A DNA stretch of 64,000 nt from an uncultured Acidobacteriaceae bacterium. GTDB taxonomy: Bacteria; Acidobacteriota; Terriglobia; Terriglobales; Acidobacteriaceae. The position numbers and the translations under genes are program-made. A model generated the notes under the pieces. That model did not search any database, was not told the origin of the DNA, and was given only the letters and a program-made list of their open reading frames with translations. The stretch covers positions 66,559-130,558 of the forward strand of contig CAWACF010000017.1 in assembly GCA_963780495.1 (NCBI GenBank). Direction: 5' to 3'. Positions 28,862 through 38,829 of the stretch are shown in pieces (within the stretch, counting starts at the first letter, position 1; the number at the start of each line of letters is the position of its first letter).

Positions 28862-29866
28862 TCAGTACAGCCGGAAGTTCACCTCAACATTGATCTGCAC
28901 TGCTACCGGCTTGCCATCTTTCAAGGCTGGCTCGAACTTCCAGTTGCGAACCGCTTCGATAGCCTTCTGATCCAGTCCCATGCCCAACGCACGCGCTACT
29001 TTGATGTCGCGTGGCTTGCCATCGGGGCCGACGATCAGCCATAGAACGCAGGTTCCCTGATACTTCGCCTTGCGAGCCTCTTCGGAGTATTCCGGATCGG
29101 GCGTATCGAGCGCGCGCGGCGGAGAGACGCCACCGCCAACGCGGAAGACACCGCCTCCGATGCCACCGCCATGTCCGGGACCAACGCCCGGGCCGGTTCC
29201 TGAGCCTACGCCACCTCCATTACCCGAGCCGATACCGCCGCCACCGCCGGTTCCATTCGAAGGCGGTCCGGAGGGCACTGCGGACATCGGGTTGCCGAGG
29301 TTCGGCATACTGGAAGCCAATTTAATCTGCGGAGGTATGACTACCGTGGGCTCTACCGGGAGCTTGGGGTTGTCATTGCGAATGACCATCGCGGGAGGCG
29401 TGATCTGTTCCATCGCCGTCTTGGGTAACTTACCCTTGGGCGCCTGGAGTTTGTCGTGATCGCCACCACCACCACCGCCACCTGACGTGGTGGCACTCTT
29501 TTTGGTCATGGGCAATTGCGGAGGCGTGAGATCCGGAGCAATCAGGGTTACGGTCTCTTTCGGCTTTTGCTGTACGACCTTGGCGCCCACAATAGACGCG
29601 GCGATCAGCGCCGCAATCATCGCGACGTGGACCACCAGCGAAACGCCGGCGCTTTCTTTCTTGTAGTTATATTCTCCCCAGATCTCGCGGACCTTGACCG
29701 GACGCGAGGTCAACTGCAGCGGGGGCAACTTTTCGGGAAACAGCGCAGCCCGGATATTCTCTTTCAGCGACGCCCATAGGGATTCGTCCATCGTGGTCTG
29801 CGGCAGAAGATGCAATTCATCTTCCTGCTGCGCCGGTGGCGGGGGAATCAACGTCTGATTGGCCAT
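28862..29866 (-). CDS. tonB: energy transducer TonB
   Basis: N-terminal WASLKENIRAALFPEKLPPLQLTSRPVKV motif, a TM helix, a Pro/Gly-rich spacer and a C-terminal TonB domain (YSEEARKAKYQGTCVLWLIVGPDGKP...A.EAVRNWKFEPA). Confidence 0.85.
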   Translation of the reverse strand: MANQTLIPPPPAQQEDELHLLPQTTMDESLWASLKENIRAALFPEKLPPLQLTSRPVKVREIWGEYNYKKESAGVSLVVHVAMIAALIAASIVGAKVVQQKPKETVTLIAPDLTPPQLPMTKKSATTSGGGGGGGDHDKLQAPKGKLPKTAMEQITPPAMVIRNDNPKLPVEPTVVIPPQIKLASSMPNLGNPMSAVPSGPPSNGTGGGGGIGSGNGGGVGSGTGPGVGPGHGGGIGGGVFRVGGGVSPPRALDTPDPEYSEEARKAKYQGTCVLWLIVGPDGKPRDIKVARALGMGLDQKAIEAVRNWKFEPALKDGKPVAVQINVEVNFRLY

Positions 29867-30184
29867 ACTCGTCCTAGTCCTTCGGTCTGCGCCGGCTGTC
29901 TACGCCGTGCCTCTGATACTCGATTAGCCCTTCCAGAGCCAAGGCACTCATCAGTAAAACCCACAGTTTACGATGAGGTTGCGGGCCGACTCGCACCCGG
30001 ACTGTCACCAGTGAGAGTCACCGCTCTTAACCTTAGATGCGTAGCTACCCACATCGTTGTTCGGAATTTCGTTTCATTACTCTGACGTCCCTAAAGGGTA
30101 AAGGCGAGCCAGCGTTTTTGTTGTTCAAGGCCTCGTACCTGCCAGATTTCTAAGCAGTTATCTCTCCTCGCCGACTGACGCAGA

Positions 30185-30213
30185 TGGACGCGCATTTTTT
30201 CGCTCCCTATAAT
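30185..30213 (+). promoter_or_regulatory. candidate sigma70-type promoter of ileS
   Basis: TGGACG (30185-30190), a 17-nt spacer, then TATAAT (30208-30213), 60 nt upstream of the GTG start. Sequence pattern only. Confidence 0.4.
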
Positions 30214-30272
30214 GAAGAGATAGCTGGCGCAATCTTAACGTTCCAGTTGACCACAAGCGGGAGAATCGCTGA

Positions 30273-33113
30273 GTGCCGCTCGACCTGAAATCTACGCTGA
30301 ATTTGCCGAAGACCGACTTCTCGATGAAGGCGAACCTGCCCAAGAATGAGCCTAAGATGCTCGAACATTGGGAGAAGATGCGGATTTATGACCGGATTCG
30401 CGAGGCGCATAAAGGCCAGCCTATCTATGTGATGCACGATGGTCCGCCCTACGCCAACGGGCCGATCCACTTGGGCACGGCACTGAACAAGACGCTGAAA
30501 GATTTCGTGGTCAAGTCGCGCAGTATGAGCGGCTTCGATGCCCCCTATGTGCCCGGCTGGGACTGCCACGGCCTGCCGATCGAGATCAAGGTCGACAACC
30601 AGCTGGGCCGCAAGAAGCTCGAGATGGATCCGCTGGCCGTGCGTGAAGAGTGCCGCAAGTACGCGACAAAGTATCTCGACCTGCAACGCTCGCAGTTCAA
30701 GCGCTTGGGCGGTATCGCGCGCTGGGAGAAGCCCTACTCCACCATGGACCCCCAGTATGAGAGCGTGTGCCTGGAGACTTTTTACAAGTGTTACCAGGAA
30801 GGGATCGTCTACAAAGGCCTGAAGTCGGTGTACTGGTGCGTGGTCGACAAGACGGCGCTGGCCGAGGCCGAAGTCGAGTACGAAATGCATACCAGTCCCA
30901 GCATCTGGGTGCGCTATGCGATGACCGGCGATCCGGGAAAGATTGATCCGGCGCTGGCTGGAAAGAAGAATGTCGCGACGATCATCTGGACGACAACACC
31001 GTGGACGCTGCCTGCGTCGATGGCCGTGACCTTCGCTCCTGACGCAGAATACGTTGCGCTTGATGCCGACGAGTGGATCTACGTCGTCGCCAAGGCGCTG
31101 GCCCAGCAGACGATCGAGAAGTGCGATCTGGCCGGAGCCAAGGAAATTGCATCGTTCCCTGGTGCCAAGCTGGAGCACTCGACCTTCGCGCATCCGTTTC
31201 TGGATCGGCAGATCCTCGGTGTTCTCGGCGATTACGTGACCATGGATACGGGCACGGGCGCGGTCCATACCGCTCCGGCACACGGGGCCGATGATTTCAA
31301 CACCGGCGTGAAGTATGGACTCGATCTGCATTCCAATGTCGATGCTGGAGGAATCCTGCGCAACGGATTGGCGGAATACGAAGGCCAGCAGGTCTTCAAG
31401 GCGAATCCGCTGATCGTCGAACTGTTGAAGAGTCGTGGGGTGCTGCTTGGCTACGAGAAGATCGAGCACTCGTATCCGCACTGCTGGCGCTGCCACAATC
31501 CCATCATCTTCCGCGCCACCGAGCAGTGGTTCATCTCAATGGAAGGAAAATTGCCGGGAGGCGGCACGTTGCGCACACGTGCGCTCGACGAGATCAAGAA
31601 GGTGAAGTGGGATCCGTCGTGGGGCGAAGAGCGCATCGCCAACATGGTCGCGGGGCGTCCCGATTGGTGTATCTCGCGCCAACGCGTCTGGGGCGTTCCT
31701 ATCGCGATGTTCCAGTGCGAGGGCTGTAACGAGTTCGTCGGGGACTCGGCGCTGCATAAGTTGGTGGTGGATTTGTTCGCCCGCGAAGGAGCTGACGCCT
31801 GGTACCGGTACTCGCCCGAGCAGATTCTGCCCGCTGGGACGAAGTGCGCGAAATGCGGGTGGACGAAGTTCCGCAAGGAGATGGACATCGTCGACGTGTG
31901 GTTCGAGTCGGGCAACAGCCAGGCTGCTGTCCTGGGACACGAGCCCGGGTTGCCCTGGCCTGCCGATCTCTACATCGAAGGCGGCGATCAGCATCGCGGA
32001 TGGTTCCAGTCTTCCCTGCTCTGCGCCGTTGCGACGAAAGGCCTAGCGCCCTATCGCAGCTGCGCTACCGTCGGATGGACACTCGACCCGCAGGGCCGCG
32101 CGATGTCGAAGTCGCTCGGCAACACGGTCGATCCAGTGGAGATCGCGGAAAAGATGGGCGCAGAGATCATTCGCCTGTGGGTGGCGTCAGTTGACTTCCG
32201 TGAAGATGTGATGGCGTCCGATGAGCTGATGCAGCGCGTCGCCGACAGCTATCGCAAGATCAGGAATACGTTCCGATACATTCTCGGCAACCTGGACGGC
32301 TTCAATCCCGCAACTGACACGGTTTCCTTCGCACAGATGCATTCGCTCGACCAGTACATCCTGCTGCGTGCCGCTGAAGCGACAAAAGACGTACGCGAGC
32401 ACTACGACGCCTTCGTCTTTCATCGGCTGTACCAGCGGCTGAAGGATTTCAGCATCGTCGATCTGAGTTCGATCTACTTCGACGTATTAAAAGACCGGCT
32501 CTATACCTCGGCGCCCAAGTCGATGGCGCGGCGCTCGGCGCAGACCGCACTCTGGCGGTTAGGCGAGGCGTTGGTACGATTGCTCGCCCCAGTCATGAGT
32601 TTTACTGCCGACGAGGTTTGGGGATACCTGCCGGCAGCTGGACGCTCGGAGAGTGTTCACCTCGAGCTGTTCCCTACCCCGGGGGACCTGGCGGGCGAGT
32701 TGCCGGCCGGCTTTGACGCCGCTGCCATGAAGAGCGACTGGCACACGCTGCTATCGGTTCGCGATGAAGCGCTGAAGGCTCTAGAGGCGGCGCGTAACGA
32801 GAAGCGAATCGGCGGCAGTCTGGAGGCTCAGATGCTTGTTCGCGCTCCAGAAAGCATCTATCCGGTGCTGGAGCGCCACCAGGATCAGTTGCGGTATCTC
32901 TTTATCGTTTCGGTCGTGACACTGGAAAAGATCCCGGCGAGCAACGGTGGAAGCGGATTAGCCTTCGAGGTGAGTAAAGCTCCCGGCCAGAAGTGCGAAC
33001 GCTGCTGGAATTATTCGACGCATGTGGGAGAAGATGGGACATATCCCACAGTGTGTGAGCGTTGTAGCGCGGTACTGGCGGAGATCGAGGCTGCGGCGGC
33101 AACAGCGCGCTGA
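30273..33113 (+). CDS. ileS: isoleucine--tRNA ligase
   Basis: 946 aa. PPYANGPIHLGT (HIGH), KMSKSLGN (KMSKS) and a C-terminal Zn-finger CERCWNY...CERC. Confidence 0.97.
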   Translation: MPLDLKSTLNLPKTDFSMKANLPKNEPKMLEHWEKMRIYDRIREAHKGQPIYVMHDGPPYANGPIHLGTALNKTLKDFVVKSRSMSGFDAPYVPGWDCHGLPIEIKVDNQLGRKKLEMDPLAVREECRKYATKYLDLQRSQFKRLGGIARWEKPYSTMDPQYESVCLETFYKCYQEGIVYKGLKSVYWCVVDKTALAEAEVEYEMHTSPSIWVRYAMTGDPGKIDPALAGKKNVATIIWTTTPWTLPASMAVTFAPDAEYVALDADEWIYVVAKALAQQTIEKCDLAGAKEIASFPGAKLEHSTFAHPFLDRQILGVLGDYVTMDTGTGAVHTAPAHGADDFNTGVKYGLDLHSNVDAGGILRNGLAEYEGQQVFKANPLIVELLKSRGVLLGYEKIEHSYPHCWRCHNPIIFRATEQWFISMEGKLPGGGTLRTRALDEIKKVKWDPSWGEERIANMVAGRPDWCISRQRVWGVPIAMFQCEGCNEFVGDSALHKLVVDLFAREGADAWYRYSPEQILPAGTKCAKCGWTKFRKEMDIVDVWFESGNSQAAVLGHEPGLPWPADLYIEGGDQHRGWFQSSLLCAVATKGLAPYRSCATVGWTLDPQGRAMSKSLGNTVDPVEIAEKMGAEIIRLWVASVDFREDVMASDELMQRVADSYRKIRNTFRYILGNLDGFNPATDTVSFAQMHSLDQYILLRAAEATKDVREHYDAFVFHRLYQRLKDFSIVDLSSIYFDVLKDRLYTSAPKSMARRSAQTALWRLGEALVRLLAPVMSFTADEVWGYLPAAGRSESVHLELFPTPGDLAGELPAGFDAAAMKSDWHTLLSVRDEALKALEAARNEKRIGGSLEAQMLVRAPESIYPVLERHQDQLRYLFIVSVVTLEKIPASNGGSGLAFEVSKAPGQKCERCWNYSTHVGEDGTYPTVCERCSAVLAEIEAAAATAR

Positions 33114-33240
33114 CGAGGGCGGAAGCATCCCTTCAAGGCCGGGGCGAAGGTTGAGGATATTTTCCGCTGCTTCTTTCACCCAGACACTACGTCTAATTAG
33201 TACGGAGCTTCCTGTCCGGTAGGCTACGCAACCGAGTCTT

Positions 33241-33735
33241 ATGCGCAAGTACTTTTTCGTGATCGCCATCATTGTGCTTTTGCTGGACCGCCTGGCGAAG
33301 TGGGCGGTCGACAGCAATATCCGTCTACATGAGAGCGTTGTGGTCATCCCCGGCTTCTTTCAGTTAACCCACGTGGAGAACACGGGCGCGGCCTTTGGAC
33401 TGTTCGCCGATTCAGCGGCGCAATGGAAAGTCGGTGCCTTGGTCAGCTTCTCGGTCGTTGCGTTGGTGGTCGTTTCTGCGTTGCTCTGGAAGAACAGCCA
33501 CTCGCTGAGCACAACTACGATCGGGCTGTCGCTCATTCTGGGCGGCGCGATGGGAAATCTGTGGGACCGCATGATCAGCGGGCGGGTTGTCGATTTTCTG
33601 GATTTCTATGTGGGCAGCTATCACTGGCCGGCGTTCAACGTTGCCGATACGGCAATCGTCATCGGCGCGGTTCTGTTGATCTCGGAGATCTTCTTCACCA
33701 AGTCTGCAAACGAGACCGTGAAAACGAGTTCCTGA
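33241..33735 (+). CDS. lspA: lipoprotein signal peptidase II
   Basis: NTGAAFG, GGAMGNLWDR, VVDFLDF, FNVAD motifs. Follows ileS as in many bacteria. Confidence 0.92.
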   Translation: MRKYFFVIAIIVLLLDRLAKWAVDSNIRLHESVVVIPGFFQLTHVENTGAAFGLFADSAAQWKVGALVSFSVVALVVVSALLWKNSHSLSTTTIGLSLILGGAMGNLWDRMISGRVVDFLDFYVGSYHWPAFNVADTAIVIGAVLLISEIFFTKSANETVKTSS

Positions 33736-33777
33736 TAACAATTCCCTCTGGCCTCTCGCGTTCGGCTCTACGCGCGG

Positions 33778-34194
33778 TTAGCTCCCGGATACTCGCCGCG
33801 GGATCGATCTCTCCGATCGTGCTTTCCGCAGGCGACTCACGCTCCACGCGATAGTCGGCAAAAGAGCCAATAACAGCCACATGGAATTCAGCTTCAGCAT
33901 CAGGTTCGCTCCGGATAGTACCAGCAGCGGCAGGTAGGGCTCTACGTATTCCAGAGCCCGCGGGCGATTGTTGATCCGCTGCAGGCAGTAGAGTACCCCC
34001 ACAAACGCCATCATTCCAGCAAAGGTCGACGCAGGTTGGAAGTGCCAGTTACTCCAAAGGGGGATGCCGGTCGCCGAGTAGCGAACATCTTCGACGACGG
34101 CCACCACCGCCACGCCCAAGATGCCGGCGGCAAGGAACGCGATGTCCGTGTGATCTTCGTTTTGTCGACGTCTGGGTCGTCTGCGCATGGACAC
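33778..34194 (-). CDS. hypothetical 4-TM membrane protein, last gene of the efflux operon
   Basis: The start codon abuts the OMF stop (34195). Arg-rich N-terminus followed by hydrophobic helices. Confidence 0.5.
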   Translation of the reverse strand: MSMRRRPRRRQNEDHTDIAFLAAGILGVAVVAVVEDVRYSATGIPLWSNWHFQPASTFAGMMAFVGVLYCLQRINNRPRALEYVEPYLPLLVLSGANLMLKLNSMWLLLALLPTIAWSVSRLRKARSERSIPRRVSGS

Positions 34195-35613
34195 CTACGG
34201 AGCCGCAATCTGGAAGCGCAGAACCGCCTCCGCAATCTGGTACTGATATTTGGAGGCTGCGAATTCGATCTCCGCCTGCGTCTGCTGAAGTTGCGCCTGG
34301 CTCAGCTCGACGATGGAACTCAGCCCAAGGTTGTAGCGGGTCTGCGACAGGTTGAGAGCGAGGTTAGTCTGGTCCAAAAACTGTTGACTGACTCCGACGC
34401 GGTTGTACGCCGTGATGGCATTCAGCCAGCTGGTGCGCACGTCGTTGGCGATGCGGTCCTTCAGATCGCGCAACTGCTCGCCTGAGGCTTTAGCCCTTTC
34501 CCCGGCCTCGCGCGAGCGGGCCACGTACTGAAAGCCGTTAAAGATCGGGACATTCAGATTGACGCCGGCGGCTCCGTACCAGGTCGGAAACTGCTGTACT
34601 CCATTGAGCATACTGCCGTCAGGGGTCTGTCCCACGACCCCCATCGCGGAGATTGTGGGAAATAACAGATCGCGTTCCGCCTTCTGAAAATGTTGAGCAG
34701 CCTGATACTCGAAGGTCTGCGATGCGATCTCAGGCCGGTTGCTGAAGGCCTCATCTTCGAGTTGGCTAACTTGATCGGGCGGCGGCTTCAATTCGCCCGG
34801 CGTGTCCACGAGACTAAGATTCTGCTGACGGGTGAAGCCGAGAATCTGCGACAGCTGTGACAGCGAAGCCTGATAGTTGTTCTGCGCATCGAGCAGCAGC
34901 AGCTTGGACTGCGCAAGGTTCGCACTGGCGAAACTAACATCCAGTTCCGACCGCAGTTTGTTCTGGAACAATGTAGTGATCTGGTCAGCCACCAGTTGGC
35001 GCGCTTTTACCGTTTCCTCGGCAACTCTCTGCTCGGCGAATGTCTGAAGCGCGTTGTAATAGGCTTCGTCCACGGCGAGTTTGATCTGGTAGGCGGTCGC
35101 GACCGCATTCATGTTCGCTGCCTTGGCTCGCAAAGCCGAGGTCGCCACCAGGTTATTCGTCCTGCCGAAGTCGGTGATGAGTTGAGATAGCGCTAGTCCG
35201 CCGGCGGCGCGATCCAGCAGTCGGGGACTGTTAAGGTTTCCGGCGGCGATGCGGCTTCCCTGCTGGCCTCCGACGGCAGTGAAGCTGCCGTAGATGGTGG
35301 GGTAGTACGCTGATTTGGCTTCTCGGGTCACCTGGTTCGATGCCAGGTAGATCAGGTGATATACCGAAATTTGGGGGTTATTCTTGATGGCCAGCGCCTC
35401 TGCGTCCTGGAGTGTCAGCCGCTGAACAGGGCCACTCGCCGGTAGCTGCGGCAGAGCAGTCTGGGCAGCCGGTTGTGTGCCGGTCTGTGCTTGCGCGGGC
35501 GCGGTTACGGTTTGTTGGGGCGCGGTAGCAGGCGCCGTCGATTCTGTCTGAGCTGTAAGGCTACCCGCGATAGCCAGCACTGCAATTACAAGCGAGAGGA
35601 TCGTGCGTCTCAA
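34195..35613 (-). CDS. TolC-family outer-membrane efflux protein
   Basis: 472 aa. Signal peptide, two repeated coiled halves and the LTLQDAEALAIKNNP opening typical of OMF proteins. Overlaps the RND stop by 4 nt. Confidence 0.88.
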   Translation of the reverse strand: MRRTILSLVIAVLAIAGSLTAQTESTAPATAPQQTVTAPAQAQTGTQPAAQTALPQLPASGPVQRLTLQDAEALAIKNNPQISVYHLIYLASNQVTREAKSAYYPTIYGSFTAVGGQQGSRIAAGNLNSPRLLDRAAGGLALSQLITDFGRTNNLVATSALRAKAANMNAVATAYQIKLAVDEAYYNALQTFAEQRVAEETVKARQLVADQITTLFQNKLRSELDVSFASANLAQSKLLLLDAQNNYQASLSQLSQILGFTRQQNLSLVDTPGELKPPPDQVSQLEDEAFSNRPEIASQTFEYQAAQHFQKAERDLLFPTISAMGVVGQTPDGSMLNGVQQFPTWYGAAGVNLNVPIFNGFQYVARSREAGERAKASGEQLRDLKDRIANDVRTSWLNAITAYNRVGVSQQFLDQTNLALNLSQTRYNLGLSSIVELSQAQLQQTQAEIEFAASKYQYQIAEAVLRFQIAAP

Positions 35614-38600
35614 GCTTGCACCTCCTGCGACGGTTTATTTTCTTCGCGACGATGAATCAGCAGGTATGCGGCAGGAACGATGAAGACCGTCAGTACCACC
35701 GATACCAGCAAGCCGCCAATGATGGATCGCGCCAATGGCGCGTACTGTTCGCTGCCGGCCTCAAGAGCCAGCGCCATGGGCACCAGGCCCAGCAAAGTGG
35801 CCAGCGACGTCATCAGAATGGGACGGAGACGCACGCGGCAGGCCAGCGCCACGGCTTCGCGTATGGGCATGCCGCCTTCGCGGTACGTGCGCGTGACGTC
35901 CACGATCAGAATGCTGTTGGAGACCACGATGCCGGTCATCATCAGGACACCCATCAGCGACATGACATTCAGGGTAGTGTGAGTGATCAGCAGAAATAGA
36001 ATCACGCCCGTGATGCCGGATGGAATCGCCAGCAGAATGATGAAAGGATCGACGAACGAAGCGAATTGCGCCATCAGGATCAGATAGACGAGCACGATTG
36101 CCAGCAACAGGCCTACTCCAAAGCTCATAAAGGATTCGTGCATGGAAACCACCGAGCCGCGCAGGTCTATCCGAATGTTCGGCGGAAGCTTGGTTTGCTC
36201 GATTAGCTTTCCGACCTCTTTCGACAGCGACCCAAGATCCTCTCCTTTTGGAGACACATAAACGTCGATCACGCGGAAGAGTTGGTAGTGGTCCACTTCG
36301 GTCGGGGTGTTGATCGTCTTTATGTCAGCAACGTTCTCCAGCATGGTGGGGTTTTCGTTGTTCGGCGCATGTAGTGGAATCTGCTTGAAGTCTTCCATGG
36401 TCATGGAAGCGATCTGCTTGTTGGTGTACTGCACAGTGAGAAAGTAGTTATTGCCGTTGTGAGGATCGACCCAGTAGCTGGGGGCAATCATCCCGTTCGA
36501 GGTAAGCGCTGTGACCACATTGTTAACCACGTCGCTGGCGGATAATCCCAAACGTGCTGACATTTCGCGCTTCACATTGAGCTGCAGGCCGGGATAGTCA
36601 AGGTCTTGGGGAATCAGCACGTCGCTTACGTTTGGCATACGCTTCAGCTTCTGTGCCAACTCGCTGGCGACGGCATAGGCCTCATGCTGGTCATTGCCGC
36701 TCACCTGGATATCGATAGGCGCGGGCATGCCCTGATTAACGACCGAATCGACGAGTCCGCCTGTCTGGAAGTAGGTGGAGAGTTCAGGGAGATCGGAACT
36801 GAGCTTGTGCTGTACTCTCCGCATATAGGCGAAGGTGCTGAGCTCATGGTCCTTCTCCAGACTCACCTGTACGAAGGCCGTATGCTGGCCGGAGTTGCTG
36901 GTGTAAATGGAAGAAAGATCCGGCGTAAGACCAATATTAGAGACGATCATCTTTAGGTCTTTCTGACCGATGATCTGCCGGATGTCGTCTTCCACGCGTG
37001 CCACGTACTGATTGGTCATCTCCAGACGCGAACCGGTCGGAGCCTTCACGTTGATGACGAACTGTCCGGGATCTGTGCGCGGAAAGAAGGCGACGCCCAG
37101 CAGCGGGAATAATGCGAGGCTCACGGCAAAGCTGGCCATGATGATGACGACTGTAGTCACAGGGCGTGCGAGCGCCTTATCCACGGCGGTGTCGTACTTC
37201 AAAAGCATCCGGTTGTAGTGGTGATTGAAACCTGCGACGAACTTGCCGAACGCCGACTTGGTTTCCTGGTGTCCTTCCTGCCCGCGCGTGACTTTAATGA
37301 AGCGAGCGCAGAACAGGGGCACCACAGTCATGGCAACCAGATAGGAGGCAGCCAAGGCCAGTACTACGCCAAGTGCCAGCGCGGTGAAGAGGTACTTGCT
37401 AACGCCATAAAGAAAAATGACCGGGAAGAATACGATGGCGGTGGTGAACGTGGCGGCGAGGACGGCAAGCTGCACCTCCTGGCCTCCCCGCTCGGCCGCA
37501 GTTACGGCGTCCTCTCCCTCCTCCATGTGCCGGAAGATGTTTTCCAGCACGACCACCGAGTTGTCGATCAGCCGTGAGAGCACAAGAGCGAGGCCGCCGA
37601 GAACCATAGTATTGATGGTCCCACCGAACCCGTTCAGCAGCAGAAATGCCGCGAGGCACGACACAGGAATGGAAATCAGAACCGAGATGGTGCCGCGGAC
37701 TGAGCCGAGAAAGATCAGGATCATCATCGCCGTCAGGATGAGGCCGATGCCGCCTTCTCGCAGCACATTGGCGACTGCTGTCTTGACGTACTGCGATTGA
37801 TCGAAGACCACGTTGGCCACCAGCGCTTTGGGAACATCCAGCAGATTCTTGATGCGCTCGCGTACCCCATTCACAATCTGGATTGTGTTGCTGTTGCCAC
37901 CCTGCTTCAGGATGGGCAGATAGACGGACTTCTGCCCATCTACGCGGACGATGTTGTATTGAATGGCCGAGGAGTCTTCAGCGTGTCCCACGTCACCAAA
38001 TCGAAGCACATTGTTCCCGATTGCCTTCAAGGGAACGTCATTCATCTCCTTCGTGTTCGGCAGTTGGCTGTTGCTGTAGATGTTGTAGTCGCGAGGTCCA
38101 ATGCGAACGTCCCCAGCCGGAAGAATCGTGTTGGCTTCGTTCACGATTTCCACTACGTCCATCGGGCTCAGCTGGGTGGCTTGCAACTTTAGCGGGTCGA
38201 TGTAGAACTGAATCTGGCGGTACTTTCCGCCGAAGGGTTGAGGAACCGATGCTCCCGAGACGTTCGCAATCTGGTTCCGAACACTGAACTGTCCCTCGTC
38301 GTGCAACTCGGTTTCGCTTAGCCCCTGGCCCTTCAATGTCACCAGGCACACGGGGAGACTGGAGGCATCGAACTTTAGGACAACGGGCGGCAGCGTTCCC
38401 TGGGGCAGCCTTCGCAGGTCGGCCATGGCGAGATTCGCGATTTCGCTGACCGCTGCATCAGGATCCGTTCCCGGCTGGAAATACACCTTGATCAAGCTAA
38501 CGCCGGTCAGGGAGCGAGATTCGATGTGGTCAATATTGCTGCCCAAGGTGAAGAATCGCTCGAAGGTATCGGTGATATCACCTTCAATCTGCTGAGGGGG

Positions 38601-38756
38601 CATGCCGCTGTAGAAGGTCGCGACTACGACAACAGGTATCCGGATGGGCGGAAAAAGGTCGACGGGCATGCGGAGCACGGTCGTTGCCCCTACTACCACA
38701 ATAATCAGGCAGAGAGTCAAAATGAAGAACGGGTATTTAATGGCGAAGCTCGACAT
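35610..38756 (-). CDS. RND efflux permease (AcrB/MdtB/C-like), paralog B
   Basis: About 1048 aa in a 12-TM architecture. ATG at 38756 (MSSFAIKYPFFIL), matching the paralog's start. Confidence 0.93.
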   Translation of the reverse strand: MSSFAIKYPFFILTLCLIIVVVGATTVLRMPVDLFPPIRIPVVVVATFYSGMPPQQIEGDITDTFERFFTLGSNIDHIESRSLTGVSLIKVYFQPGTDPDAAVSEIANLAMADLRRLPQGTLPPVVLKFDASSLPVCLVTLKGQGLSETELHDEGQFSVRNQIANVSGASVPQPFGGKYRQIQFYIDPLKLQATQLSPMDVVEIVNEANTILPAGDVRIGPRDYNIYSNSQLPNTKEMNDVPLKAIGNNVLRFGDVGHAEDSSAIQYNIVRVDGQKSVYLPILKQGGNSNTIQIVNGVRERIKNLLDVPKALVANVVFDQSQYVKTAVANVLREGGIGLILTAMMILIFLGSVRGTISVLISIPVSCLAAFLLLNGFGGTINTMVLGGLALVLSRLIDNSVVVLENIFRHMEEGEDAVTAAERGGQEVQLAVLAATFTTAIVFFPVIFLYGVSKYLFTALALGVVLALAASYLVAMTVVPLFCARFIKVTRGQEGHQETKSAFGKFVAGFNHHYNRMLLKYDTAVDKALARPVTTVVIIMASFAVSLALFPLLGVAFFPRTDPGQFVINVKAPTGSRLEMTNQYVARVEDDIRQIIGQKDLKMIVSNIGLTPDLSSIYTSNSGQHTAFVQVSLEKDHELSTFAYMRRVQHKLSSDLPELSTYFQTGGLVDSVVNQGMPAPIDIQVSGNDQHEAYAVASELAQKLKRMPNVSDVLIPQDLDYPGLQLNVKREMSARLGLSASDVVNNVVTALTSNGMIAPSYWVDPHNGNNYFLTVQYTNKQIASMTMEDFKQIPLHAPNNENPTMLENVADIKTINTPTEVDHYQLFRVIDVYVSPKGEDLGSLSKEVGKLIEQTKLPPNIRIDLRGSVVSMHESFMSFGVGLLLAIVLVYLILMAQFASFVDPFIILLAIPSGITGVILFLLITHTTLNVMSLMGVLMMTGIVVSNSILIVDVTRTYREGGMPIREAVALACRVRLRPILMTSLATLLGLVPMALALEAGSEQYAPLARSIIGGLLVSVVLTVFIVPAAYLLIHRREENKPSQEVQA

Positions 38757-38829
38757 AGCTACTCCCCGCTCCCGCGTGCCAGGCGCGCCTGCCCAAGCCC
38801 GCACCGTTTGTTGTTGACGACTACCTGCC

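Noticed and set aside
29867-30272. Possible T-box or other leader upstream of ileS
   Set aside because: I could find neither the conserved T-box sequence (AANNNGGGTGGNACCGCG-like) nor a specifier/antiterminator arrangement. Only a promoter-like -35/-10 pair is reported.
30207-31496. 429-aa minus-strand ORF
   Set aside because: It is antisense to ileS, whose HIGH and KMSKS motifs and full length are unambiguous.
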